Shown here: piece after piece, positions 1 through 10,301 of the stretch
Layout of the letters: every line of letters starts with the position of its first letter
How positions within the stretch are numbered: position 1 is the first letter of the stretch
Source: an uncultured Streptococcus sp.
GTDB taxonomy: Bacteria > Bacillota > Bacilli > Lactobacillales > Streptococcaceae
Reading direction: 5' to 3'
Length of the DNA stretch: 52,598 bases
Assembly: GCA_963555095.1 (NCBI GenBank)
Contig: CAUVUZ010000001.1
Coordinates: 1 to 52,598, forward strand
Notes under the pieces: model-generated
Database searches by the model: none
What the model was told of the DNA's origin: nothing
Seen by the model: the letters and a program-made list of their open reading frames with translations, nothing else
Program-made: the position numbers and the translations under genes

Positions 1-497
1 AGTTTGGTGATTTGATGGTGGGAATCACTCACCATCTCCCTGATAAAAACTGGGGTAGGGAGTTGATTCATACGGGAAAACAAGAAGATTTTGATAGATT
101 GGTGACGGAGCCACATGCTTCTATCGCAGTGTATGGCCATATTCACCAACAGTTTCTTCGTTACGGAAGTGACGGACAGTTGATTCTTAATCCAGGTTCG
201 ATTGGGCAACCCTTCTTTTTAGATGCGAAGTTACGTAAGGACCTGAGGGCCCAGTATATGATTTTAGAGTTTGATGAAGCAGGTTTGTCTGATGTTGATT
301 TTCGTCGAGTGGATTATGATGTAGAAGCTGAGTTGCAGCTGGCTAAGGATTTGAAGCTCCCCTATTTCCAGGTCTACTATGAAAGTTTGGTAAATGGGAT
401 TCACCATACTCATAATCAGGAACTTCTGTATGAAATTGCCCAAGAACAGGGGCATGATATTGAGTTGGATGCATGGTTAGATAGTAGTAATGATTGA
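1..497 (+). CDS. Metallophosphoesterase (calcineurin-like, YfcE-type), 5'-truncated by window edge
   Basis: YGHIHQQ and NPGSIG motifs; C-terminal half parallels the ORF at 16723..17568. Confidence 0.85.
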   Translation, partial: FGDLMVGITHHLPDKNWGRELIHTGKQEDFDRLVTEPHASIAVYGHIHQQFLRYGSDGQLILNPGSIGQPFFLDAKLRKDLRAQYMILEFDEAGLSDVDFRRVDYDVEAELQLAKDLKLPYFQVYYESLVNGIHHTHNQELLYEIAQEQGHDIELDAWLDSSND

Positions 498-569
498 CAT
501 GACATCAAAAAGGGGTATAATGAGTATGAGAAGAGAGATGATGAGAATCTCAGGTGAAAGGGGAACAAA

Positions 570-1007
570 ATGCAAATTTCAAGTCGATTTACCATTGCGA
601 CCCATATGCTAATTATCATTGCTATCAAGGGCCGGGAAAGCAAGGTGACCAGTGATTTTCTCGCGGCTAGCGTTGGAGTTAATCCAGTCATTATCCGTAA
701 GACTTTGTCGCAACTCAAAAAAGCTGAGTTGATATCAGTTGCGCGTGGGACGGGCGGTACCGAGATTATCAAAGACCTCCAAGATATCAGCCTTTTTGAT
801 GTTTATCAGGCTGTTGAATGTTTAGGAAAATCAGGTAAGCTCTTTAGTTTCCATGACAATCCCAATCCTAACTGTCCAGTAGGGGCTAATATCCATGAAG
901 TTTTGGATCAAAAATTGCTGGATATCCAAGAAGCGATGGAGAACCAACTTCGTCAGATGAGTCTGGCTCAGGTTGTGGCAGATGCAGAAGCAAGAATAGT
1001 AAAATAA
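570..1007 (+). CDS. sifR: Rrf2-family regulator, SifR-like quinone sensor
   Basis: Rrf2 signature (SSRFTIATH, VNPVIIRK, RGTGG, HDNPNPNCPVG); Cys at positions 84 and 102 as recalled for pneumococcal SifR. Confidence 0.8.
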   Translation: MQISSRFTIATHMLIIIAIKGRESKVTSDFLAASVGVNPVIIRKTLSQLKKAELISVARGTGGTEIIKDLQDISLFDVYQAVECLGKSGKLFSFHDNPNPNCPVGANIHEVLDQKLLDIQEAMENQLRQMSLAQVVADAEARIVK

Positions 1008-1074
1008 GAGGGCTAGGCTCCTCTTTTTCTATTGCTATAATTATGGTACAATGTAGTCATCAAAGGAGGAGACT

Positions 1075-2097
1075 ATGTACTTTATCACAGGATTTTTTGT
1101 CCTACTTTTTCTCGTTTCGTTTTTAAGGGACAATCGCAGTCTCTGGAATCCAGCTCTTTTGCTTTTATCTCTGCTCTTTTCTTACCTGTCTATTGCCAAT
1201 CTTTTTTATGAAGCTGGGCAGGAAGAAGTGCACATGATTTTCTTTGCAGTGATTTTTCTCCTGCTACCTCTTTTAGTTTTTCTAAGTGGTTTTTTCCTTA
1301 TTTATAATGGATTTGTGTTATTGAAAAAAGAAGGAAAATCCAAGGCAAATTATTTGTCTCTAGGATTAGGCTGCGTGATTCTATTCTTTTTTGTGATCAT
1401 GGCGATTCGAATGAGCGACACCAAGGGCTTGTTCTACACCAATCATCTAGTGAATATTTTCTTTTTCTTTCTGATCTATTCGTATTTGATTTTCGGCTTT
1501 GCCTTTACAGGATTTCTGCTTTATTCTATTCTGTATCTTTTTATTCCTAAGAAAAAATATTATGATTTTATTATCATTCATGGAGCAGGTTTGTTAAATG
1601 GAGAAAAAGTGACTCCCTTACTGAAGAGTCGCATTGATAAGGCAGTAGAAGCTTATCACCAGTTTCTCAATCCCAATGTTAAAATCATCGCAAGTGGTGG
1701 TCGAGGTGGGGATGAGAAGATTTCCGAAGCTCAGGCAATTTGTAATTATTTGCTGAAAGAGACGGATGTTCCGAGAGAAGCAATTCTCCTAGAGGAAAGC
1801 TCGACCACGACCTATGAGAATCTTCTCTTCTCAAAAGAAATGGGAGAGAAACTGGTAGAAAGTCCACGCTTTCTCTTTGTAACCAATGATTACCATGTTT
1901 TTCGTACCAGCACCTATGCTCGCCGTATTGGGATGAAGGGAGATGGTCTTGGTTGCCGGACAGCCGCCTACTATATCCCATCGGCCTTTATCAGAGAATA
2001 TATTGCTCTATGTGTGAAGATGAGATGGCTTTTTATCGCCTTCTATGTTTTGTTGATTTTAGCTCTGATTTTCTCTTATAGGGGTATTTTATGGTAA
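1075..2097 (+). CDS. YdcF/DUF218 family membrane protein
   Basis: N-terminal TM helices, then SGGRGGDEKISEA, STTTYENL and VTNDYHVFR motifs of DUF218. Confidence 0.85.
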   Translation: MYFITGFFVLLFLVSFLRDNRSLWNPALLLLSLLFSYLSIANLFYEAGQEEVHMIFFAVIFLLLPLLVFLSGFFLIYNGFVLLKKEGKSKANYLSLGLGCVILFFFVIMAIRMSDTKGLFYTNHLVNIFFFFLIYSYLIFGFAFTGFLLYSILYLFIPKKKYYDFIIIHGAGLLNGEKVTPLLKSRIDKAVEAYHQFLNPNVKIIASGGRGGDEKISEAQAICNYLLKETDVPREAILLEESSTTTYENLLFSKEMGEKLVESPRFLFVTNDYHVFRTSTYARRIGMKGDGLGCRTAAYYIPSAFIREYIALCVKMRWLFIAFYVLLILALIFSYRGILW

Positions 2098-2103
2098 TAT
2101 ATG

Positions 2104-2130
2104 AAAAAAATCTCCGTTAGGAGATTTTTT
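2104..2130. terminator. Bidirectional intrinsic terminator between convergent genes
   Basis: aaaaaatctcc-gtta-ggagatttttt. Confidence 0.8.
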
Positions 2131-2165
2131 GTAAAATTCATGTAGTCATTATTATTCAATTTTGC

Positions 2166-2948
2166 TTATGGCAAAATGGCTTTTAGTTGTTTTAGGATAG
2201 TTTGTAAGGTTACGATCGCTTGTTCTCCTTGTTGCGGTTGGTAGAGTAGTTGGAAATAGTCGCGAATAGTTTCTTCAAATTGTTTAGGGAGGAGAGCGCA
2301 ATTGCTCTTAGCATAGTCGAGCATTCGTTTTTCACCTGGATGAGTTTGCTCATTGAGGGCAAACAGCAAGTCAAAGTAGGAAGCAAAAAATTCACTTGTA
2401 CGATGATTCATGCTGATAAGATCTTGACGTTTGATAGCTTTTTCAATTTGATGAGAGAAGGCAGGCATGGTTTGTTCTAGTAAAAGGAGTTGCCTTTCAA
2501 TGATATGTTTTTTAAGTTCCTGAGGATAGGGAATCTGGTAAGTCTTTTGGAGAGAAGCATAGCGTCCATTTGGATCGTATAGGATTTTGCTATGGAGTAG
2601 ATTGTGCCACATACAGGTTGTATAAGCGTTTTGGGGTTGATGCTGAAAAACAGTTGAGTTTAGTTCTTGCTCAAACGACTCCAGTGAACGATAAATCAAC
2701 TCGATTTCGACACCGTTGTTTAGCACGCAGTCGTCCTCTAGTTCCCAAAACTGGTTTCCAATTTCCATATAAGAACAGTACTTACTCAGAATGTTTTGGC
2801 GAATCGTCTCATCTATAGGAGAGTTGAGATAGACATAAACGTCATAGTCAGAATTTTGATCATAGTTTTGTCCTGCACGAGAACCACCAAGAGCGATGGC
2901 TTCTACTTGTTCCAATTGAGAGAATTCTTTGTAAAGTTCGTGGATCAT
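2166..2948 (-). CDS. Nucleotidyltransferase-domain protein (DUF4037-like)
   Basis: LGGSRA...SDYDVYVY Pol-beta NTase motif; HPGEKR C-terminal motif. Confidence 0.75.
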   Translation of the reverse strand: MIHELYKEFSQLEQVEAIALGGSRAGQNYDQNSDYDVYVYLNSPIDETIRQNILSKYCSYMEIGNQFWELEDDCVLNNGVEIELIYRSLESFEQELNSTVFQHQPQNAYTTCMWHNLLHSKILYDPNGRYASLQKTYQIPYPQELKKHIIERQLLLLEQTMPAFSHQIEKAIKRQDLISMNHRTSEFFASYFDLLFALNEQTHPGEKRMLDYAKSNCALLPKQFEETIRDYFQLLYQPQQGEQAIVTLQTILKQLKAILP

Positions 2949-3042
2949 GATTTTTCTCCTTGCTTTATGGTTTTAAAGTCATTTTACCAAAAAGTAAAAC
3001 GTTTGCATAGTGTTGGGTTGCTCTTTTCATTTATAGCAAAAA

Positions 3043-3071
3043 AATGTGAACTCTTGTTTTGAGTTCACATT
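3043..3071 (-). terminator. Intrinsic terminator of the amino-acid ABC operon
   Basis: aatgtgaactc / gagttcacatt 11-bp inverted repeat flanked by A/T runs. Confidence 0.75.
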
Positions 3072-3076
3072 CTTTT

Positions 3077-3736
3077 TTATTCTGCAGCTTGTTGCCAACG
3101 TTTGGCTAGCATGCGAGATAGACTTGAAATTGCTAGGTTAAAGCTGAAGTAGATGAGGGCAATCAGGATATAAAGACTGAAGACCTGCTCTGGCTCGAAA
3201 TAGCGTCCCATGAGAATTTGGCTAGCTCCAAAGAGCTCTTGTAGAGCGATAACAGAGTAGAGAAGGCTGGTATCCTTAATCACGGTCACAAACTGAGAAA
3301 TGATAGCCGGCAGCATTTTACGGATTGCTTGTGGGAGAATGATGTAGTAGAGGATTTGCACTGAAGTGAATCCTTGCGACATTCCTGCTTCGTACTGACC
3401 CTTGTCCACGGCATTGAGACCGCCTCGGATAATCTCAGCTAGGGCTGCTGAGGTAAAAAGGGTAAAGGCCGTAATACCTGCTGGTGTGGACTTCATCTTA
3501 AACACCAAAAAGATGGTGAAAATCCAGAGAAGGTTGGGAACATTACGCACAAACTCGATATAAATGCTGGAGATGATTCGCAAGACAGGATTTTTCCCAT
3601 TTCTCATTACGGCTAGTACTGTTCCGATAAGGGTCGAGAGGACAATAGCAATCAGAGAAATATAGAGGGTCAAGCCAAATCCTTTAAAGATAAAGATTAG
3701 GTTATCTGGGGTCAAAACTTCTAAAATAGATTCCAT
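3077..3736 (-). CDS. Polar amino acid (Gln/Glu) ABC permease
   Basis: EFVRNVP, AEIIRGG and EAA-like motif, VIKDTSL. Confidence 0.92.
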   Translation of the reverse strand: MESILEVLTPDNLIFIFKGFGLTLYISLIAIVLSTLIGTVLAVMRNGKNPVLRIISSIYIEFVRNVPNLLWIFTIFLVFKMKSTPAGITAFTLFTSAALAEIIRGGLNAVDKGQYEAGMSQGFTSVQILYYIILPQAIRKMLPAIISQFVTVIKDTSLLYSVIALQELFGASQILMGRYFEPEQVFSLYILIALIYFSFNLAISSLSRMLAKRWQQAAE

Positions 3737-3745
3737 AGTAACCTC

Positions 3746-4423
3746 CTAAAGTGAATAGGCTTTTTTGTTGGCTTGCTCCATCTTGCGACCAAATTGGGCG
3801 ACAGGGAAGCAAAGGGCAAAGTAGAGTAGGGCGGCACCTAGAAATGCAGGGATGTAGTTTCCGTTGAGAGCCGACCAAGACTTGGTCACAAACATCAAGT
3901 CCACTCCAGAGATGATAGCAACGGTAGAGGTATTCTTGATGAGGTTAACGATTTGGTTGGTCAATGGAGGGAGAATGATACGAAAGGCCTGAGGCAAGAT
4001 AATCAAGCGCATGGCGCTGATACAGGTAAATCCTTGTGAGAGAGCAGCTTCCATCTGACCACTAGGAATAGATTGAATCCCTGAACGAATAACCTCAGCG
4101 ATATAAGCTCCGTGATAGAGCCCGACGCAGAGAACAGCTGTCCAATAAATCGGAATCATGATGGTGTGTTCACTGATAAGAGGTAGGCCATAAAAAACAA
4201 TAACAAACTGCACCAAGAGGGGGGTGTTTTGGTAAAATTCGACAAAGATACGAGCCAAAATTCTTAAAATTTGATGTTTGCTAGTTGATAGGACTCCAAA
4301 GATGATTCCTAAGACCATAGCGAGGATAAAGGATCCAACCGCTAGGGCAAGGGTGAAGAGGAAACCATTGAAAAATTGTCCAAAATCCTGAAAATAGGCT
4401 GTCCAAGATGATAAATCTGTCAT
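3746..4423 (-). CDS. Polar amino acid (Gln/Glu) ABC permease
   Basis: QNTPLLVQ, AYIAEVIRSGI, GQMEAALSQG. Confidence 0.92.
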   Translation of the reverse strand: MTDLSSWTAYFQDFGQFFNGFLFTLALAVGSFILAMVLGIIFGVLSTSKHQILRILARIFVEFYQNTPLLVQFVIVFYGLPLISEHTIMIPIYWTAVLCVGLYHGAYIAEVIRSGIQSIPSGQMEAALSQGFTCISAMRLIILPQAFRIILPPLTNQIVNLIKNTSTVAIISGVDLMFVTKSWSALNGNYIPAFLGAALLYFALCFPVAQFGRKMEQANKKAYSL

Positions 4424-4435
4424 GGGGTGTCCTCC

Positions 4436-5230
4436 TTAATCTGCGGTATGGCTAGATGGTTTGAGCTTGTAACGGTCATAGAGTTTCTGCAAACTACCAT
4501 CCTTGCTCCATTTAGTGACCAAGTTATCAAGATAGTTGTTGAGCTCAGTGTTTGATTTCTTGGTAACAATACCGTAGTCAGATGGCTTAAAACTATAATC
4601 TAGTAGTTCTGTTCGTTTACTGGTGTAGCCAGACAGGATAGAACGGTCCACGGAAAAGGCATCAATACGGTGAGCGTGAAGGGAAGTAATCAGTTCTGGG
4701 TAGGAACCAAGTTCTACAAACTTAAACTTCAGACCTTTCTTTTTACCCAGTTCGGTAATCAAGCGTTGGGTGATGGAACCTTGGGCAACTCCGATGGTTT
4801 TGCCATTTAGGTCTTCAATGCTTTTGATTTTGGCAGATTTATTGACCAAAAAGCCAGAAGCGTCCGTATAGTAGGGACTGGTGAAGTTGTAGAGTTTTTT
4901 ACGTTCTTCTGTGATGGTAAAGGTCGCGATATCCAAATCGACCTGTTCATTGTCAAGAAGTGGGCCACGGGTTTGAGCAGTAACAGGAACGTAGCGAACC
5001 TTGACCTTGAGCTCATCTGCAATCATCTTGGCTAAGTCGGTTTCGATACCAGAATAAGTCCCTTTCTTGGGATCTTTGTAACCAAAATTGGGAACGTCTT
5101 GTTTGACACCGACAACCAGTTCGCCTCTTTTTTGTATGTCTGCGACACTAGTATCAGCCTGGACTGGTTTGGCAGCAGCAAGGCCGAAAAGGCTAATCAA
5201 TAATGCTGATAAAAAGAGTTTCTTTTTCAT
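4436..5230 (-). CDS. Amino acid ABC substrate-binding protein (family 3, PEB1/GlnH-like)
   Basis: Start reassigned to ATG 5230 (GGAGG RBS, signal peptide MKKKLFLSALL); DIQKRGELVVGVK, TFTITEERKK. Confidence 0.9.
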   Translation of the reverse strand: MKKKLFLSALLISLFGLAAAKPVQADTSVADIQKRGELVVGVKQDVPNFGYKDPKKGTYSGIETDLAKMIADELKVKVRYVPVTAQTRGPLLDNEQVDLDIATFTITEERKKLYNFTSPYYTDASGFLVNKSAKIKSIEDLNGKTIGVAQGSITQRLITELGKKKGLKFKFVELGSYPELITSLHAHRIDAFSVDRSILSGYTSKRTELLDYSFKPSDYGIVTKKSNTELNNYLDNLVTKWSKDGSLQKLYDRYKLKPSSHTAD

Positions 5231-5240
5231 AGGCGCCTCC

Positions 5241-5999
5241 TTATTTGACTTTGTCACTTTCGTGGTTGATAATTTTGCTGAGGAATTGTTGGGCACGAGG
5301 CTCGCTTGGATTGTCGAAAAAGTCATCGACATCTGTCGTATCCACCAAAACTTCTCCGTCGGCCATAAAGATGATACGGTCAGCAACTTCACGGGCAAAA
5401 CCCATTTCGTGGGTAACGATGATCATGTTCATCCCGTCATGAGCCAGTTTTTGCATAACAGCTAGAACGTCTCCGATGGTCTCAGGGTCAAGGGCAGATG
5501 TTGGCTCATCAAAGAGGAGGAGCTCAGGATGCATAGCGAGACCACGTGCGATGGCAATCCGCTGTTTTTGTCCACCAGATAGCATGGCTGGATAAGAATC
5601 TTTTTTGTCCCACATATTTACAAATTCCAAATATTTTTGGGCTGTTTTTTCAGCTTCTTTTTTATCAATTCCTAGAACTTTTATGGGCGCCAATGTCACG
5701 TTTTCTAACACTGTTTTGTGTGGATAGAGGTTGAAATGTTGGAAAACCATGCCGACTTCCTTACGAAGAGGAACTAAATCTTTCTGGCTAGCGCCTGCCA
5801 CTTGGTGTCCATTGACTAGGAGACTTCCTTTGTCAATAGCCTCTAAACCATTAATCGTACGGATAAGAGTGGACTTCCCAGAACCAGAAGGTCCAAGCAG
5901 GACAACAACTTGTCCTTTTTCAAAACGGAGATTGATGTCGCGGAGTGCGTGGTAGTCTCCGTAATATTTTTCGACGTGTTTAAATTCTACTAAAGCCAT
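5241..5999 (-). CDS. glnQ: Amino acid ABC transporter ATP-binding protein
   Basis: GPSGSGKST, LSGGQKQR, LLFDEPTSALDPE. Confidence 0.92.
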   Translation of the reverse strand: MALVEFKHVEKYYGDYHALRDINLRFEKGQVVVLLGPSGSGKSTLIRTINGLEAIDKGSLLVNGHQVAGASQKDLVPLRKEVGMVFQHFNLYPHKTVLENVTLAPIKVLGIDKKEAEKTAQKYLEFVNMWDKKDSYPAMLSGGQKQRIAIARGLAMHPELLLFDEPTSALDPETIGDVLAVMQKLAHDGMNMIIVTHEMGFAREVADRIIFMADGEVLVDTTDVDDFFDNPSEPRAQQFLSKIINHESDKVK

Positions 6000-6014
6000 G
6001 AGAGATCTCCTTTG

Positions 6015-6062
6015 TGTTAGATTTTATAACATGATTCTACACCAAAAGGATGTTCTTGTCAA
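6015..6062 (-). promoter_or_regulatory. SigmaA promoter of the gln ABC operon with a GlnR operator
   Basis: Minus strand TTGACA(6062-6057)-17 nt-TAGAAT(6039-6034); TGTTA-N7-TAACA at 6015-6031 fits GlnR consensus TGTNA-N7-TNACA. Confidence 0.85.
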
Positions 6063-6163
6063 ATCATATCTAAAAAAATTCACTAAAACTTTATAAAAAA
6101 GCAATCAGGATAGAGAAAAAGTCTAAATCGTGTTATAATGAAACGATAGAATTCTTAGAAAGA

Positions 6164-8398
6164 GTGGATGTCTTTTTGATAACTCCTACTTATGAATGGC
6201 AGTTTGCCCCGCAGGTTGAAGATGCGGATTTTACAAAAATAGCCAAGAAGGCTGGACTGGGTCCTGAGGTGGCTCGGTTATTGTTTGAAAGAGGGATTCA
6301 GGACGAAGAAAGTCTGAAGAAGTTTTTAGAACCTTCCTTGGAGGACTTGCATGACCCCTACTTGCTCCATGATATGGATAAGGCAGTGGAGCGGATTCGT
6401 CAGGCTATTGAAGAAGGGGAAAATATTCTCATCTATGGAGACTACGATGCGGATGGCATGACCTCAGCTTCTATTGTTAAGGAAAGTTTGGAACAGCTTG
6501 GCGCCGAGTGCCGTGTTTATCTGCCAAATCGCTTTACCGATGGCTATGGTCCCAATGCCAGTGTCTATAAATACTTTATCGAGCAAGAGGGAATTTCCTT
6601 GATTGTGACAGTGGATAATGGAGTTGCTGGTCACGAGGCCATTGAACTGGCCCAGTCTATGGGAGTGGATGTTATTGTGACCGACCACCATTCCATGCCT
6701 GAAACCTTGCCAGATGCTTATGCCATTGTCCATCCTGAGCATCCAGATGCGGACTATCCTTTCAAATATTTGGCTGGTTGTGGAGTGGCTTTCAAGCTGG
6801 CTTGCGCCCTTTTAGAGGAAGTGCAAGTGGAACTGCTTGATTTGGTTGCTATCGGTACCATTGCCGATATGGTGAGCTTGACGGATGAGAACCGTATCTT
6901 GGTTCAATATGGTCTGGAAATGTTGGGGCATACTCAGCGCATCGGTCTGCAAGAAATGCTGGATATGGCTGGGATTGCTGCCAATGAAGTGACAGAAGAA
7001 ACGATTGGCTTTCAGATTGCCCCTCGTTTAAATGCCTTAGGTCGCTTGGATGATCCCAACCCTGCCATTGATTTGTTGACTGGCTTTGATGATGAGGAAG
7101 CGCATGGAATTGCCCTCATGATTCATCAGAAAAACGAAGAGCGCAAGGAAATCGTACAATTTATCTACGAAGAAGCAAAGACCATGGTGGATCCTGAGAA
7201 GAAGGTCCAAGTCTTGGCCAAGGAGGGTTGGAATCCTGGAGTTCTGGGTATCGTGGCTGGGCGCTTGTTGGAAGAACTAGGGCAGACAGTCATTGTTCTT
7301 AATATAGAAGATGGTCGTGCCAAGGGTAGCGCTCGTAGTGTGGAAGCGGTCGATATTTTTGAGGCACTGGATCCCCATCGAGACCTCTTTATCGCCTTTG
7401 GCGGCCATGCTGGTGCAGCGGGAATGACGCTGGAAGTTGAGAAACTTTCAGATTTATCTCAGGTCTTGGAAGACTATATCCGTGAAAAAGGCGCAGATGC
7501 TAGTGGTAAGAACAAGCTAAATCTAGATGAAGAGCTAGACTTGGAGACTCTTAGTTTAGAAACGGTTAAAAGCTTTGAGCGCTTGGCGCCTTTTGGAATG
7601 GACAATCAGAAACCTGTCTTTTATATCAAGGATTTTCAGGTCGAAAGTGCTAGAACCATGGGAGCAGGCAATGCCCACCTCAAACTAAAAATTTCCAAGG
7701 GTGAGGCGAGTTTTGAAGTGGTAGCCTTCGGACAAGGTAGATGGGCGACAGAGTTTGCTCAAACAAAAAACTTAGAATTGGCAGTCACCCTGTCTGTCAA
7801 TCAATGGAATGGTCAAACTGCCCTCCAGTTGATGATGGTAGATGCGCGTGTGGAGGGTGTTCAACTCTTTAACATTCGTGGGAAGAATGTAGTTTTGCCA
7901 GAAGGGGTTCCAGTCTTGGACTTTGCTGGAGAATTACCAGAATTAGCGACTAGTGATGCTGTGGTTGTGAAAACCATTCCTGAGGATATTACCTTGCTGA
8001 AGACCATTTTTCAGGAACAAAATTTCTCTGCGGTCTATTTCAAGAACGACATTGACAAGGCCTACTACCTAACAGGTTATGGGACTAGAGAGCAGTTTGC
8101 CAAATTGTACAAAACCATTTACCAATTCCCAGAATTTGACATACGCTACAAACTTAAGGACTTAGCAGCCTATCTCAATATCCAACAAATCTTGCTGGTC
8201 AAGATGATTCAAGTATTTGAGGAACTGGGCTTTGTAACTATCAAAGATGGTGTCATGACTGTCAATAAAGAAGCGCCGAAAAGGGAAATTGCTGACAGTC
8301 AGATATATCAAAATCTCAAACAAACTGTAAAAATTCAAGAAATCATGGCGCTGGGTACCGTGCAAGAAATTTATGACTTTTTAATGGCAGAAAACTAG
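6164..8398 (+). CDS. recJ: ssDNA exonuclease RecJ
   Basis: YGDYDADG, TDHH (DHH), GSARS, FGGHAGAAG; exact start uncertain. Confidence 0.97.
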   Translation: MDVFLITPTYEWQFAPQVEDADFTKIAKKAGLGPEVARLLFERGIQDEESLKKFLEPSLEDLHDPYLLHDMDKAVERIRQAIEEGENILIYGDYDADGMTSASIVKESLEQLGAECRVYLPNRFTDGYGPNASVYKYFIEQEGISLIVTVDNGVAGHEAIELAQSMGVDVIVTDHHSMPETLPDAYAIVHPEHPDADYPFKYLAGCGVAFKLACALLEEVQVELLDLVAIGTIADMVSLTDENRILVQYGLEMLGHTQRIGLQEMLDMAGIAANEVTEETIGFQIAPRLNALGRLDDPNPAIDLLTGFDDEEAHGIALMIHQKNEERKEIVQFIYEEAKTMVDPEKKVQVLAKEGWNPGVLGIVAGRLLEELGQTVIVLNIEDGRAKGSARSVEAVDIFEALDPHRDLFIAFGGHAGAAGMTLEVEKLSDLSQVLEDYIREKGADASGKNKLNLDEELDLETLSLETVKSFERLAPFGMDNQKPVFYIKDFQVESARTMGAGNAHLKLKISKGEASFEVVAFGQGRWATEFAQTKNLELAVTLSVNQWNGQTALQLMMVDARVEGVQLFNIRGKNVVLPEGVPVLDFAGELPELATSDAVVVKTIPEDITLLKTIFQEQNFSAVYFKNDIDKAYYLTGYGTREQFAKLYKTIYQFPEFDIRYKLKDLAAYLNIQQILLVKMIQVFEELGFVTIKDGVMTVNKEAPKREIADSQIYQNLKQTVKIQEIMALGTVQEIYDFLMAEN

Positions 8399-8571
8399 AA
8401 GATAGGAAAGAGTTGGGCAACCAGCTCTTTTTTGAAAACAAATCTTCGTTTTGAAAATAATCAAAAAAATGGTATAATGGTAGGAAAAGATTCGGCTGAA
8501 AGTTTTAGAACTTTTAGAATAAGAGGGTAAACTTACCCTATAATCAAGATGAATTAAGTTTCGGAGGGAAA

Positions 8572-10233
8572 ATGAGTAATATTAGTTTAACAACACTAGG
8601 TGGTGTACGAGAAAATGGGAAAAATATGTACATCGCTGAAATAGGCGATTCGATTTTTGTTTTGGATGCAGGGCTTAAATACCCTGAAAATGAACAACTA
8701 GGGGTTGATGTCGTCATTCCAAATATGGAATACCTTTTTGAAAATAGCGACCGTATCGCAGGGGTCTTCTTGACCCACGGGCATGCGGATGCCATTGGTG
8801 CCCTGCCTTATCTCTTGGCAGAGGCTAAGGTGCCTGTGTTTGGCTCTGAGTTGACCATTGAGTTGGCAAAACTCTTTGTCAAAGGAAATGATACGGTTAA
8901 GAAATTCAATGACTTCCATGTGATTGATGAGGATACGGAGATTGACTTTGGAGGAACTGTTGTTTCCTTCTTCCGTACAACTCACTCTATCCCAGAAAGT
9001 TTGGGAGTTGTCTTGAAGACGGCTGAAGGTAGTATCGTTTATACAGGTGACTTCAAATTTGACCAGACAGCTAGTGAATCTTATGCGACAGACTTTGCTC
9101 GTTTGGCGGAGATTGGTCGTGAGGGTGTCTTGGCGCTCCTCAGTGACTCGGCGAATGCGGACAGCAATATCCAGGTAGCGAGCGAGAGTGAAGTTGGAGA
9201 GGAAATTACCCAGACCATTGTGGACTGGGAAGGTCGTATCATCGTTGCAGCTGTTGCCAGCAACCTCTCTCGTATCCAGCAGGTCTTTGATGCGGCTGCG
9301 GACACAGGTCGTCGAGTTGTTTTGACCGGATTTGATGTTGAAAATATTGTCCGAACAGCGATTCGTCTCAAAAAATTGTCTCTAGCTAACGAAAGTCTCT
9401 TAATCAAACCCAAAGAAATGTCTCGTTTTGAAGATCATGAGTTGATTATCCTTGAGACTGGTCGTATGGGGGAGCCTATCAATGGACTTCGTAAGATGTC
9501 TATCGGACGCCACCGTTATGTGGAAATCAAAGATGGGGACTTGGTTTATATCGTAACCACTCCATCTATCGCCAAAGAAGCCGTCATGGCGCGTGTTGAA
9601 AACATGATCTACCAAGCTGGTGGTGTGGTGAAACTCATTACCCAAAGCTTGCGAGTATCCGGACACGGGAATGCGCGTGATTTGCAGTTGATGATCAATC
9701 TTTTGCAACCAAACTACCTCTTCCCTATTCAAGGGGAATACCGTGAGTTGGATGCGCATGCCAAGGCTGCCATGGCAGTTGGAATGTTGCCAGAGCGCAT
9801 TTTCATCCCTAAAAAGGGAACGATCATGTCCTATGAACATGGAGACTTCGTCCCAGCTGGAGCAGTTTCTGCAGGCGATGTCATGATTGATGGAAATGCC
9901 ATCGGGGATGTTGGAAATGTTGTCCTTCGTGACCGCAAGGTCTTGTCAGAGGACGGGATTTTCATCGTTGCGATTACCGTAAATAGACGTGAGAAAAAAA
10001 TCATCGCCAAGGCCCGTGTTCACACGCGTGGATTTGTTTACCTCAAGAAGAGCCGCGACATTCTCCGTGAAAGTTCAGATTTGATTAACAAAACGGTAGA
10101 AGAGTATCTTCAAGGTGATGACTTTGATTGGGCAGATCTCAAAGGCAAGGTTCGTGACAATCTGACCAAGTACCTCTTTGATCAAACCAAGCGCCGTCCA
10201 GCAATCTTGCCAGTCGTGATGGAAGCAAAATAA
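8572..10233 (+). CDS. rnjB: Ribonuclease J2
   Basis: Metallo-beta-lactamase/beta-CASP; degenerate THGHADAIG and RVSGHG motifs typical of J2. Confidence 0.9.
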   Translation: MSNISLTTLGGVRENGKNMYIAEIGDSIFVLDAGLKYPENEQLGVDVVIPNMEYLFENSDRIAGVFLTHGHADAIGALPYLLAEAKVPVFGSELTIELAKLFVKGNDTVKKFNDFHVIDEDTEIDFGGTVVSFFRTTHSIPESLGVVLKTAEGSIVYTGDFKFDQTASESYATDFARLAEIGREGVLALLSDSANADSNIQVASESEVGEEITQTIVDWEGRIIVAAVASNLSRIQQVFDAAADTGRRVVLTGFDVENIVRTAIRLKKLSLANESLLIKPKEMSRFEDHELIILETGRMGEPINGLRKMSIGRHRYVEIKDGDLVYIVTTPSIAKEAVMARVENMIYQAGGVVKLITQSLRVSGHGNARDLQLMINLLQPNYLFPIQGEYRELDAHAKAAMAVGMLPERIFIPKKGTIMSYEHGDFVPAGAVSAGDVMIDGNAIGDVGNVVLRDRKVLSEDGIFIVAITVNRREKKIIAKARVHTRGFVYLKKSRDILRESSDLINKTVEEYLQGDDFDWADLKGKVRDNLTKYLFDQTKRRPAILPVVMEAK

Positions 10234-10301
10234 TAAGCAGAATACCTACAGAAAAAGTCGAAATTCGGCTTTTTCTTATAGAATAGTAAAAGGAGACAAC
10301 C

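Noticed and set aside
2994..3007. CcpA cre-like sequence gtaaaacgtttgca (and similar near 46384)
   Set aside because: Two mismatches at conserved terminal positions; insufficient support
4436..5398. 320-aa version of the substrate-binding protein
   Set aside because: Overlaps glnQ; RBS and signal peptide point to ATG 5230
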